From the IMG/VR virus record IMGVR_UViG_3300026538_000054, positions 64,285 through 128,284 of that record: 64,000 nucleotides of DNA; one strand, given 5' to 3'. Origin of the DNA: a virus. Below are positions 9,777-17,310 of this stretch, piece after piece (position 1 is the first letter of the stretch; the number at the start of each line of letters is the position of its first letter). The translations under genes were made by a program, and so were the position numbers. The notes beneath the pieces are model-generated. The model had not been told where the DNA came from. It made no database searches and was given only the letters and a program-made list of their open reading frames with translations.

Positions 9777-9845
9777 GCCAATAGCTAAAAGAAAACGGCG
9801 GGATGGCGCTTGCGCGCCACTTCCCGACCGTCTTCGTCCTGCGCT
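9777..9845 (-). terminator. intrinsic terminator, duplicated unit copy 2
   Basis: near-identical to 9157-9225. Confidence 0.8.
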
Positions 9846-9849
9846 GTCT

Positions 9850-9886
9850 GGCGCAGCATTCAGCCCGCTGCGCAGGGCTGCTTCAC
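9850..9886 (-). repeat. 37-bp pseudoknot/CRISPR-repeat-like element
   Basis: GTGAAGCAGCCCTGCGCAGCGGGCTGAATGCTGCGCC; contains the stop codon of the 9883..10353 gene. Confidence 0.85.
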
Positions 9887-10353
9887 TCGACGCGGCCCCA
9901 CCGCCTGATAGCGGCGCCCCAGCGAGACGTGGAGCCGCAACAGGACGTGGGCGGATCATCCACCAGTCTAGGGCCTACCGTCGGCCCAACGCCTTGGGCA
10001 TAGACAGATATCCATTTCTGCTTCATGAACAACTCGGCCTCCGGTCCCTGGTCGTTGACCTGGGACCGGCGATCCACGATCTCAGGCCGGCGAGTCGGGC
10101 CTTCGTCCGCTTCCTGCTCCGAGTGAGCCTCGGCGTCGAGCACGCTGATCCTGGACTGCACACGGTCGTTGTGCAGGCAACTCGCCGCCTTCAGAGCCGC
10201 CAGCCGGACGAACTCCTCGCGCTGAGCCCGACACTTGGCCTTGTCGAGCTGGTCGCAGAGGCCCTCGAACACGCCGATGACGATCAACGCCAGCGCGGCG
10301 ATGACCAACAGAGAGCCGATGATCTCCACGAAGATGGCGGATTTCTTGTTCAT
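9883..10353 (-). CDS. hypothetical membrane-anchored protein
   Basis: start MNKKSAIF after GAAAGGGAG; N-terminal TM helix IIGSLLVIAALALIVIGVF. Confidence 0.65.
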   Translation of the reverse strand: MNKKSAIFVEIIGSLLVIAALALIVIGVFEGLCDQLDKAKCRAQREEFVRLAALKAASCLHNDRVQSRISVLDAEAHSEQEADEGPTRRPEIVDRRSQVNDQGPEAELFMKQKWISVYAQGVGPTVGPRLVDDPPTSCCGSTSRWGAAIRRWGRVE

Positions 10354-10374
10354 TTTTCTCCCTTTCAGAAAACG

Positions 10375-10403
10375 AAAAAGGGAGGCCTGAAAACAGGCCT
10401 CCC
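10375..10403 (-). terminator. intrinsic terminator-like hairpin
   Basis: GGGAGGCCTG-AAAA-CAGGCCTCCC with T-tract on the minus strand. Confidence 0.65.
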
Positions 10404-10467
10404 GGCACCGGAAATCGAGAAGATCAGAAGACAGGAGAGGGCGGCCCTCTCCTGGCAACGCGTGTAA

Positions 10468-10752
10468 TCAGCTCGCGATGGCCGCGAGCCTGGAAGGGGA
10501 GCGCAGCCCGCGCCTCTCGCGCAGTCGCGCGCGTAAGCAGTGCAGGGCCGCCTCGTAGCGGCCCGTGCCGTCCAGGGGCTGGTTCAGTCGGTAGGACTCG
10601 ACGACCGCCAGCGCGGCGGTGGCGGCAGCGTCGGCCATGTCGGCCGCATCGAAGTCGACGTCACGGCAGCACGCGGTCGCCGTCTTCTTGATTTTCTCGG
10701 CCGCGATCTCCGCCGACCGCCGACACAGGAACAGGATCTGTTCGCCGAGCAT
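10468..10752 (-). CDS. hypothetical protein (putative early gene)
   Basis: 94-aa ORF downstream of duplicated promoter copy 2, GGAG RBS. Confidence 0.6.
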   Translation of the reverse strand: MLGEQILFLCRRSAEIAAEKIKKTATACCRDVDFDAADMADAAATAALAVVESYRLNQPLDGTGRYEAALHCLRARLRERRGLRSPSRLAAIAS

Positions 10753-10772
10753 GACAAGGCTCCGTCAACGAG

Positions 10773-10867
10773 ATCGGCGCGGGCACGCGAAAGTTCGCAT
10801 GGCTACCCGCGCCTCACTAAATATTGACGCAATTTATGGCCTAATTAAGTTCTTATGCGCGGCGGCA
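10773..10867 (-). promoter_or_regulatory. duplicated AT-rich promoter-like element plus leader hairpin, copy 2
   Basis: 91/95 identical to 9587-9681. Confidence 0.7.
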
Positions 10868-11090
10868 CAAGAGAGGCCACGTCCTTGTTGGTGAGCACCA
10901 CGGTCCGGTCCAGGCCCAGCGACTCCAGGTGCCTCTCGAAGTCCGGCTCGCCGGCGGAGATGAACCGTACGTGCTCCTGGCTCACCTGGAAGAAGACGGC
11001 CAGCGGGCGGCCCTGATTATCCTTGATCACGAGCCGGGTGGCGTTTATCCGGACCGGCGACTCCATCCTGTTGTGCGATTCCAGGATCAT
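10845..11090 (-). CDS. hypothetical protein
   Basis: 81-aa ORF starting MILESHNR, 4 bp downstream of the preceding stop. Confidence 0.6.
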   Translation of the reverse strand: MILESHNRMESPVRINATRLVIKDNQGRPLAVFFQVSQEHVRFISAGEPDFERHLESLGLDRTVVLTNKDVASLVPPRIRT

Positions 11091-11094
11091 GCTC

Positions 11095-11820
11095 TCACCA
11101 CCCTTCCACGGGCTGTTCGCCCACGGCCGCTTCTCTCTCCTTGAGTCGCTTCTGGAACCGCCAGGCGGCCACGCGGGCGTGTTCGACCGTGGACAGTTCG
11201 GCCCTGGGCAGGCCCCTGCCGTGCGAGGCTTGCTTGCCGCCTGCCTGCGGGAAGGCGCTTTGCATCGGCTCCATGGGCTGGATGGTGCTTTGCGGCGGCT
11301 GTCCACCCGCCTGCCCCTGTTCTTGTCCTCCCTGGACCACCGAGCCACCGTCGGCCGCTTGCGCCGGCATGCCGGTGACAGGGTCGCGGTTCGGGCCGTC
11401 CAGGATGTCGGGCGGCGGCTCCTTGCCTCTGGAGCGCATGTCGTGCATGACCAGCTTCTTGAGCTGAAACATGTCCGTGGCCATGGCGGCAGGGTCCGGT
11501 TTGTTGGTCTTGGGCTGTCCCTTGCCCGCTCCCACCCCTGACTGAGCCAGGGCGTTGTTCACGGCCGTCTGCACGGTCGTGGCCAGGTCGCCCCCTCCTT
11601 CCGTCGGAGTGGGCGCAGGGATGGGAGGGGCCGTAGGCGGCGGCATGGCCCCGCCACCGCCAGCAGGGCCTTGAGCCGGTGGCGGCGGGGACATCGCACC
11701 ACCCTCCGACGCGGGTGGCCCGCCGCCACCAGCGGCGGCAGCGGCCGCGTCGGAGGGGACGGCAGCCTTTTTCGCGATGGCGGCCCGAGCGTAGAAGAGA
11801 GCGGCCTTGTCCAGGGGCAT
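11095..11820 (-). CDS. Pro/Gly-rich putative virion protein with K-x-A motifs
   Basis: AGGAG RBS; DKAA, KKAA, KQAS; low-complexity PGA segments resembling 50810..52129. Confidence 0.65.
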   Translation of the reverse strand: MPLDKAALFYARAAIAKKAAVPSDAAAAAAGGGGPPASEGGAMSPPPPAQGPAGGGGAMPPPTAPPIPAPTPTEGGGDLATTVQTAVNNALAQSGVGAGKGQPKTNKPDPAAMATDMFQLKKLVMHDMRSRGKEPPPDILDGPNRDPVTGMPAQAADGGSVVQGGQEQGQAGGQPPQSTIQPMEPMQSAFPQAGGKQASHGRGLPRAELSTVEHARVAAWRFQKRLKEREAAVGEQPVEGW

Positions 11821-11985
11821 AGCGGTTGTCTCCTGTTCTTGAAGCCATCAAAAATACCGCGTGGACTGCACCTGCGTCCGCCTGCTTAATAGGTCTCCAT
11901 TCCGTGTCAATATTTCTTGCCACCGCCTAGATCGTGCTGATACGACCGGTAGCGCGCTCTTGCTATCTTGAACATCCAGCCAGTG

Positions 11986-12022
11986 TTTGCAGCAATAAGC
12001 CCGCTGCAGAGGGCTTTGGTAC
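11986..12022 (-). repeat. 37-bp pseudoknot/CRISPR-repeat-like element
   Basis: GTACCAAAGCCCTCTGCAGCGGGCTTATTGCTGCAAA. Confidence 0.85.
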
Positions 12023-12039
12023 GTCGGTCATCTTAGCAG

Positions 12040-12279
12040 GTACGGTGAAACGGTCGCTCGAGAGGCCTTCACCTGCGACCACTGCAACTGGGACGAGGTC
12101 CAGGCCTGGCAGGGCGGGCTGATCAGACAACTGGCCAGGCTGGCCTACGAAGGCCGTCAACCGGTTGACGGCGCTCTTGACCCGGCTGCGAGGAGCAAGC
12201 CATCCTTGAGTACCTTCGCAGCGCAGGCCCCCACGTCAGGGGCTGCTGGGCCCTTGACCTCGTTCTCGGTAAGGACTGA
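12040..12279 (+). pseudogene. truncated, frameshifted remnant of the Gemmata-type paralogous family
   Basis: ...AWQGGLIRQLARLAYEGRQPVDGALDP, frameshift, GCEEQAILEYLRSAGPHVRGCWALDLVLGKD*; the LADALEEA segment and N-terminus are missing; start approximate. Confidence 0.75.
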
Positions 12280-12284
12280 CGAAG

Positions 12285-13187
12285 ATGACTTTGAGACAAT
12301 GGCTTGATGGCCAGGCCCTGTGGTCGATGTTCACGACGGCCGAGATCAGTGAGCGAAAACAGCGACTTCTGGTCTGTGTGCTGGCCCAAAAAGCGCTGCG
12401 AAAATATAAGGCTAATGCGAGCAGAAAGGCCATCGAGACGTCTCTGCGTTACGCCGACGGCCTGGCTGACTCGGCAGAACTGTACCGAGCCTTTGTCGAG
12501 GCCAGGTCCCTTTGCAACTCGACTTCGCTGCCGCTGTCTAGCTGCAAACTGCTCGCTATGCGCATAGCGGGCTGCTGCGCCAGCTTGTCCCTGACCCACT
12601 TTTTCAGTGACAACTGGTTGCCGGCTCAGGGCGACGTGGGCTGGGAGGCCCTGCGATGTGCCATGCGCGAGGTTGTCGAGGCGCCTTTCGCCCTGAGGCG
12701 ACTGTGCATCTTCAAGCCGTCCAGGAGGCGCGCCGACAGGTTCCTGGCCTCGCTGGTGGAGAGGAATGAAACGACCCAGACGGCAGAGAAGCGCAAGAAA
12801 GGCGTGGCATCTTCCACCCTGGTGGAAGAGAGGTGGAAGAAGGTCGACTGGCTCTCCAGGGCCGCGCTTGACATCGCCAGGTTGATCTACGAAGAAGACC
12901 GCTTCGAGGACCTGCCCATCCTTGCCGACGCCCTGGAAGACGCCGGCTGTACAGAGGAGCACCTGCTCATGCACCTGAGAGGCAAGTCGCAATGCCCCGC
13001 CTGTCTGGAGAGCCGCCAGGCCCTGGCGGCCATCGAGCAAGTGGCTGCGCAGGCACGGTCGAAAGGCGTCAGGACCAGTGGCGCCGGTCAGGTCTCTTGC
13101 AGCGAGTGCAACCAGGGCTGGCGGCCTCTTCAAGGCCCGCACTTCAAGGGCTGCTGGGCCCTTGATCTCATCCTCGGAAAGGAGTGA
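12285..13187 (+). CDS. Gemmata-type paralogous family protein
   Basis: MT..QWL, SERKQRLL..V, IYEEDRFEDLPILADALEDAGC, HLR, HFKGCWALDLILGKE. Confidence 0.85.
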   Translation: MTLRQWLDGQALWSMFTTAEISERKQRLLVCVLAQKALRKYKANASRKAIETSLRYADGLADSAELYRAFVEARSLCNSTSLPLSSCKLLAMRIAGCCASLSLTHFFSDNWLPAQGDVGWEALRCAMREVVEAPFALRRLCIFKPSRRRADRFLASLVERNETTQTAEKRKKGVASSTLVEERWKKVDWLSRAALDIARLIYEEDRFEDLPILADALEDAGCTEEHLLMHLRGKSQCPACLESRQALAAIEQVAAQARSKGVRTSGAGQVSCSECNQGWRPLQGPHFKGCWALDLILGKE

Positions 13188-13441
13188 AACCGGTGGACAA
13201 CACCAACCAGTCTGGATCGCGGGAGCCCGCGGACGTGCTGCTCGAGGCGCTGAAGACGCCCGGTAAGACGAAGGTACGTTTCACGTTCGAGGCAGGCATA
13301 TCTCGCGAGGCCATCACCGAGCGGCTCGACGCGCTCAGAAAACTAGTCGAAAGCGTCGGCGGGACGATGACCGTGGAGAGCGTGGACTTTCCCGACGCCG
13401 AATGGGACGACGAATCGGCCGCTATGGAGGAGCACCCGTGA
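13184..13441 (+). CDS. hypothetical protein
   Basis: coupled 85-aa ORF. Confidence 0.55.
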   Translation: MKPVDNTNQSGSREPADVLLEALKTPGKTKVRFTFEAGISREAITERLDALRKLVESVGGTMTVESVDFPDAEWDDESAAMEEHP

Positions 13442-14055
13442 CGACGTTGCAAACCATCATTGATCTCCAGGCCGCTCACCGCGCCGTCCTGGAAGAGCCG
13501 TTCCGTGATGAGTGGCGACTCGCCTACGCCGACGCGCGAGAGGACATGGGCCTGGGCCTCGACGCCGAGTTTCTTCGCGACAGGGTGGCCGGCAAGCCCG
13601 ATGATACCGAGGGCTACTGGTTCGGGCCGGCCCTGCCCAACGAAGTGAAGGCGCACCAGATCTACAAGGGCTTCGTCTCTGGCGTGTCGCTGGCCTGCGG
13701 GGGCTTTCAGCGACACGCCAGGGAGCTATTCTCCTCTCACCCGATCATCGGGGTCATCCTCACGGACAGACACGCCGGCCTAGTTGGCCTGGATGGCCAT
13801 GACGATTTGTCCTACTTCTTAGACGAGGCCCGCTGGCCCACTTTGACTAGCAAGACCGACCGGTTGCCTCACGCCGTTTACGAGCTACTTGAGCCGGACC
13901 TGCTGACTCGCATCGGCAACAAGGGCTTTACGAGCCCGGAGAGGGCCAACAGGGCACTGAGCCAGGCCCTGGTACGCTACGGGCGAGGCCTGGTGCAACC
14001 GCCCCTGCCCGAGCTGGTGTTTCCCAAGCCCGAAGAAGAGGAGAAGGACCGATGA
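13438..14055 (+). CDS. TIGR02996-like domain protein
   Basis: RAVLEEPFRDEWRLAYADARED; later KGFV...LFSSHPI..V.LTDR and ALSQALV, paralleling 25033..25746. Confidence 0.7.
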   Translation: MTTLQTIIDLQAAHRAVLEEPFRDEWRLAYADAREDMGLGLDAEFLRDRVAGKPDDTEGYWFGPALPNEVKAHQIYKGFVSGVSLACGGFQRHARELFSSHPIIGVILTDRHAGLVGLDGHDDLSYFLDEARWPTLTSKTDRLPHAVYELLEPDLLTRIGNKGFTSPERANRALSQALVRYGRGLVQPPLPELVFPKPEEEEKDR

Positions 14056-14558
14056 ACTGCCGCGTGAGGCTCACTGATGTCCAGGGTGATCGAGCTGGTT
14101 TCGCCGACCTGATCGGCAAGGAGGGGGCGCTTACCACCGTCGCCGAGGGCGTGTACTTGTCGCTCGACGGCGTGATCGGTTCCATGACTCTGCCGGCCCG
14201 GAGCATCGAGAAGGACGACGAGAAAATCGTGGTCAAGACCCGACGGGACAACACCTTCGTCTTCGCCGTCGGCAAGGGCTTGCTCGCCGCGGCCCAGGCT
14301 GACAAGGCGCACAAAGAAGAGCACAAGGATAAGGCCGCGCCGGCCATGCCCGAGGAGAAGAAACCGCATCACGAAGAGATCAGGCCCTCCGAGCCAGAGA
14401 AGAAGGACGTGCCGGAGAGCATCACCCAGCCGATCGTCGAGCTGCCTCCTCCCGAGGAGAAGAAGGCGCAGCCGGAAGAGAGCAAGCCCGCGCAGGCGCC
14501 CAAGAAGGATGCCTCTACGCCGCCGGCTACCGGCAAGCACGAGAGAAAAGGGAAGTGA
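14052..14558 (+). CDS. hypothetical protein with charged Pro-rich tail
   Basis: coupled ORF, GGA RBS. Confidence 0.65.
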   Translation: MNCRVRLTDVQGDRAGFADLIGKEGALTTVAEGVYLSLDGVIGSMTLPARSIEKDDEKIVVKTRRDNTFVFAVGKGLLAAAQADKAHKEEHKDKAAPAMPEEKKPHHEEIRPSEPEKKDVPESITQPIVELPPPEEKKAQPEESKPAQAPKKDASTPPATGKHERKGK

Positions 14559-14977
14559 TGGCGAGCGAGGAGCGGGCGAACAAGCCGTTCTATCTGAGCG
14601 TGTTCCTGCGACCAGGGAAGTCACCCGAGGCCCCACAGCGATTGCATGTGCGTGTCGGCCTCACCTCCTGGGCCGGGGTAGATGATGCGGCGGGACGCGA
14701 GAACAGACTTCATGAATGGACTTTCAGCCACGCTCATGCTCCCGCCCCCGATGCCCGAACCGTTGATGTTGTCGTGATCGCCCCGCAGTGCCGCGTCGAG
14801 CCTCTGTCCGCCCGGCTGCCCTGGCCTCCGGGGGAGGAGCAGTTCCGCGAGTTCTTCCTCACCCTCTTCCCCGAAGAGGTCGGCAAGCGGGACAGCCTCT
14901 GGGTTCGGGTGGAGCTGCTGACCCGGAATCGGGAGGTCGAGTCGGTGCAGGAAGAGTTCGCTCTGTCCGTAGGGTAG
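14555..14977 (+). CDS. hypothetical protein
   Basis: coupled 140-aa ORF. Confidence 0.6.
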   Translation: MMASEERANKPFYLSVFLRPGKSPEAPQRLHVRVGLTSWAGVDDAAGRENRLHEWTFSHAHAPAPDARTVDVVVIAPQCRVEPLSARLPWPPGEEQFREFFLTLFPEEVGKRDSLWVRVELLTRNREVESVQEEFALSVG

Positions 14978-15040
14978 TGGCCGCAAAATGGATGACTAAC
15001 GCCCGGCCTAGACAAGAAGAGAGGCCACGACCATGAGCGA

Positions 15041-15077
15041 TTCGCAGCTTTTAGCCCGCTGCGTAGGGCTTGATCAC
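15041..15077 (-). repeat. 37-bp pseudoknot/CRISPR-repeat-like element
   Basis: GTGATCAAGCCCTACGCAGCGGGCTAAAAGCTGCGAA. Confidence 0.85.
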
Positions 15078-15131
15078 GTCTGCTAGCCCAGTGAAGCGCG
15101 CCGATTGGTCAAGTAGCGAGGGACAAGCACC

Positions 15132-15344
15132 ATGAGCGACAAAGCCTGGATCGTGTTGCGCTGTGAGATTTGTGATCGTGAAGAGGGCCCGATGACCAAG
15201 GCAGAGATGGTGACCTGCCGGAACGAAGGCTGGTCGGGCCTCGAGAGGGGATACTTCCCCGGCTGGTGGCCAAGACACATACCCATCACCTGGACGCATA
15301 TGGGTGACTGCCCCGCGTGCGTCAAAGAGGCGAAAATAGCATGA
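15132..15344 (+). CDS. small Zn-finger-like protein
   Basis: CEIC...CPAC. Confidence 0.6.
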   Translation: MSDKAWIVLRCEICDREEGPMTKAEMVTCRNEGWSGLERGYFPGWWPRHIPITWTHMGDCPACVKEAKIA

Positions 15345-15550
15345 CGATAGAAGAACGAGAGGCGTTTCTGGGCTGGCGAGCCAACGAGGCGCCGACGGAA
15401 GAGCAACTGCGCTACCTGGCCCGCAGGCTCTTAAACCATCTACCCATGAGCAGGGTCATGTCCTGCGACGTCGATGAGGCCGTCACGTTGCTCAAGGCCC
15501 TTCACGAACACGGTCGTTTGTGCGGCGCTGCTGAGTTCATGCGGCTGTGA
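15341..15550 (+). CDS. hypothetical protein
   Basis: ATGA-coupled ORF. Confidence 0.55.
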   Translation: MTIEEREAFLGWRANEAPTEEQLRYLARRLLNHLPMSRVMSCDVDEAVTLLKALHEHGRLCGAAEFMRL

Positions 15551-15628
15551 AGACGGGCGCAGTTTGATCCGGAAAAGAAACCAGGGGCCGGCTGCCGTGT
15601 AGCCTGGCCCTCTCACCAGGATGAGGAG

Positions 15629-15940
15629 ATGAAACGACGACCTGTGGTGACGAGAGAGATCCTAGAGGGCTTGTGTCAAGCCTACGGCCGCATGGAGGCG
15701 GACGACCTGTCTGACCTGACCGATGAGCAGCAGGCCGCGTTCGAGGCGGCTGGGCGGTGGGTCAGTAAGATGTGGGAATTCATGCCACCTTCGGAACGGC
15801 GGGAGGAAGAAGCCGAGGCGCTGCTTGACCAGCAGCGCGCCAGCGGCCCCATCCAGGAAGCTCAGGAGCGGATGGCTAACCGTATCAAGGAGATACAGGC
15901 GGAGAAGAACCGGCAAGGGCCGTACCACTGGGAGGCGTGA
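15629..15940 (+). CDS. hypothetical protein
   Basis: GAGGAG RBS, 103 aa. Confidence 0.6.
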   Translation: MKRRPVVTREILEGLCQAYGRMEADDLSDLTDEQQAAFEAAGRWVSKMWEFMPPSERREEEAEALLDQQRASGPIQEAQERMANRIKEIQAEKNRQGPYHWEA

Positions 15941-15998
15941 CTGACCCGCGACACCTGAGCGGCCCTCGCCCGGCCGCTCGTCTCTGAAAGATGATTGG

Positions 15999-16196
15999 AT
16001 GACGCCGGAACACCGTGACAATATTCGCGCCGCCAACAAGCGGCGCAGCAAGCACCTCTGTCAAAGCTGCGGCCAGCTCGTGACCGTTCGAGATGGATCG
16101 GAAGTTGGCGGCTTGCCTGGAGTCAAGTACCGCCAGTGCAACGGCTGTGGTGCGACCGTCGCCATTACCAGGCGGCCTCCTCGTCGCCTGCCGTAA
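15999..16196 (+). CDS. small Zn-ribbon protein
   Basis: CQSCG...CNGCG. Confidence 0.55.
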   Translation: MTPEHRDNIRAANKRRSKHLCQSCGQLVTVRDGSEVGGLPGVKYRQCNGCGATVAITRRPPRRLP

Positions 16197-16237
16197 ACCG
16201 GCCCGGTTCGCCAGACGGGCCATATAGAGGAGTGAGA

Positions 16238-16666
16238 ATGTCCGAGATGAAGCACACGGAAGAGCCTTGGGAATTGGTGTTGATGGAGGAGGGGCCGGTA
16301 CTGATGGGTGGAGACGGCCAGCCAGTGCTGTACTCCATGCCGCAAAAGGCGCCGTACCGTCGCCCTCCAGAGGAGCGAGCCGCCAACATGCGTCGCATGG
16401 GCGTGTGCGTCAACGCCATGGTTGGTGTGCCCAACGAGGCGGTGGAAGAGGTGACGTGCAGACTGGGCGCCTTGATCCGACAGCGGGACGCGTTTTTGGC
16501 GATCGTAGCGGCCTACGAGCAATGGGAGGCCGACCTGATCCAGTCGCAAGAAGCGTGGGCGGGAGGGCTGGCTCCGTTGCCGACCCTGACGCAGGAGTTG
16601 TTCGACCGCTTGCTGGAGATTCAGGCGTTGCGCAACGCCGCCATCGCCAGCGCGAACGGCAAGTAA
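16238..16666 (+). CDS. phage protein with KHT..PW / AN.RR...CVNA motif
   Basis: MSEMKHTEEPW...AANMRRMGVCVNA; GAGGAG RBS. Confidence 0.65.
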   Translation: MSEMKHTEEPWELVLMEEGPVLMGGDGQPVLYSMPQKAPYRRPPEERAANMRRMGVCVNAMVGVPNEAVEEVTCRLGALIRQRDAFLAIVAAYEQWEADLIQSQEAWAGGLAPLPTLTQELFDRLLEIQALRNAAIASANGK

Positions 16667-16702
16667 CCAAGACAGAAGCACGGCCCTGGAGGGACCACGA
16701 AG

Positions 16703-17227
16703 ATGAACAACTGGGCCACCATCGACGACCCTTTGGACGAGGAAGAGCGCCGCGCCTTGCTAGCCGCCAAGGACCGCGGTCGTAAGCGCCTGAAGAGCGG
16801 CGTCATGGACATCCGTCCAGACCTGCACGCGGTCGCTCGCGGGGGCCTGGAGGCCGAGGTCCGCCGGCTGCAGCTCCTCGTCTTCCGTCTGCTCAGGGAC
16901 AGGCCGCCCAGCCTTTCTCAGCCCGACGACGCACCCGAGCTGAAAACGCCATGCGCCCAGATGGAGCGGGCCTTGCTTGACGCCATGGCGTTTCTTTCCC
17001 GCTTGTCTGATGCCGACGAGCTGTGCGACCGGATCATCGGTCTCCTGGAGCCGGGGGCGTGCGGTATCGACGGTTGTAAAGACCCAGCGGACCATCTGGT
17101 ATGGGACCGGGTCAAGGAACAGGTAGTTCGTTGCTGCGACAGCCACTCCAACGAGATCCTCGACCAGGAAGGCCCGGAGTACTCCAGTTTCTGCCCCAAC
17201 TGTGGTTGCGACATCCCTATCAACTGA
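16703..17227 (+). CDS. hypothetical protein with C-terminal Cys clusters
   Basis: GGAGG RBS; CGIDGC, CCDSH, CPNCGC. Confidence 0.65.
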   Translation: MNNWATIDDPLDEEERRALLAAKDRGRKRLKSGVMDIRPDLHAVARGGLEAEVRRLQLLVFRLLRDRPPSLSQPDDAPELKTPCAQMERALLDAMAFLSRLSDADELCDRIIGLLEPGACGIDGCKDPADHLVWDRVKEQVVRCCDSHSNEILDQEGPEYSSFCPNCGCDIPIN

Positions 17228-17245
17228 CTCCTGCTAACATCACGG

Positions 17246-17282
17246 GTTGTCAAGCCCGCCGCGGCGGGCCTGTTGCCGCGAC
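17246..17282 (+). repeat. 37-bp pseudoknot/CRISPR-repeat-like element upstream of RNAP beta'-C gene
   Basis: GTTGTCAAGCCCGCCGCGGCGGGCCTGTTGCCGCGAC. Confidence 0.8.
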
Positions 17283-17310
17283 CACCCGATGTGCCACGCG
17301 TGAGAACTTC

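Noticed and set aside
11955-11985. 11-nt match between the sequence after the 11986 element and 56691-56701
   Set aside because: About the level expected by chance across 17 copies and both strands of 64 kb
17101-17310. N-terminal extension of the beta'-C ORF
   Set aside because: Overlaps the upstream gene and a repeat element; ATG 17311 is more plausible
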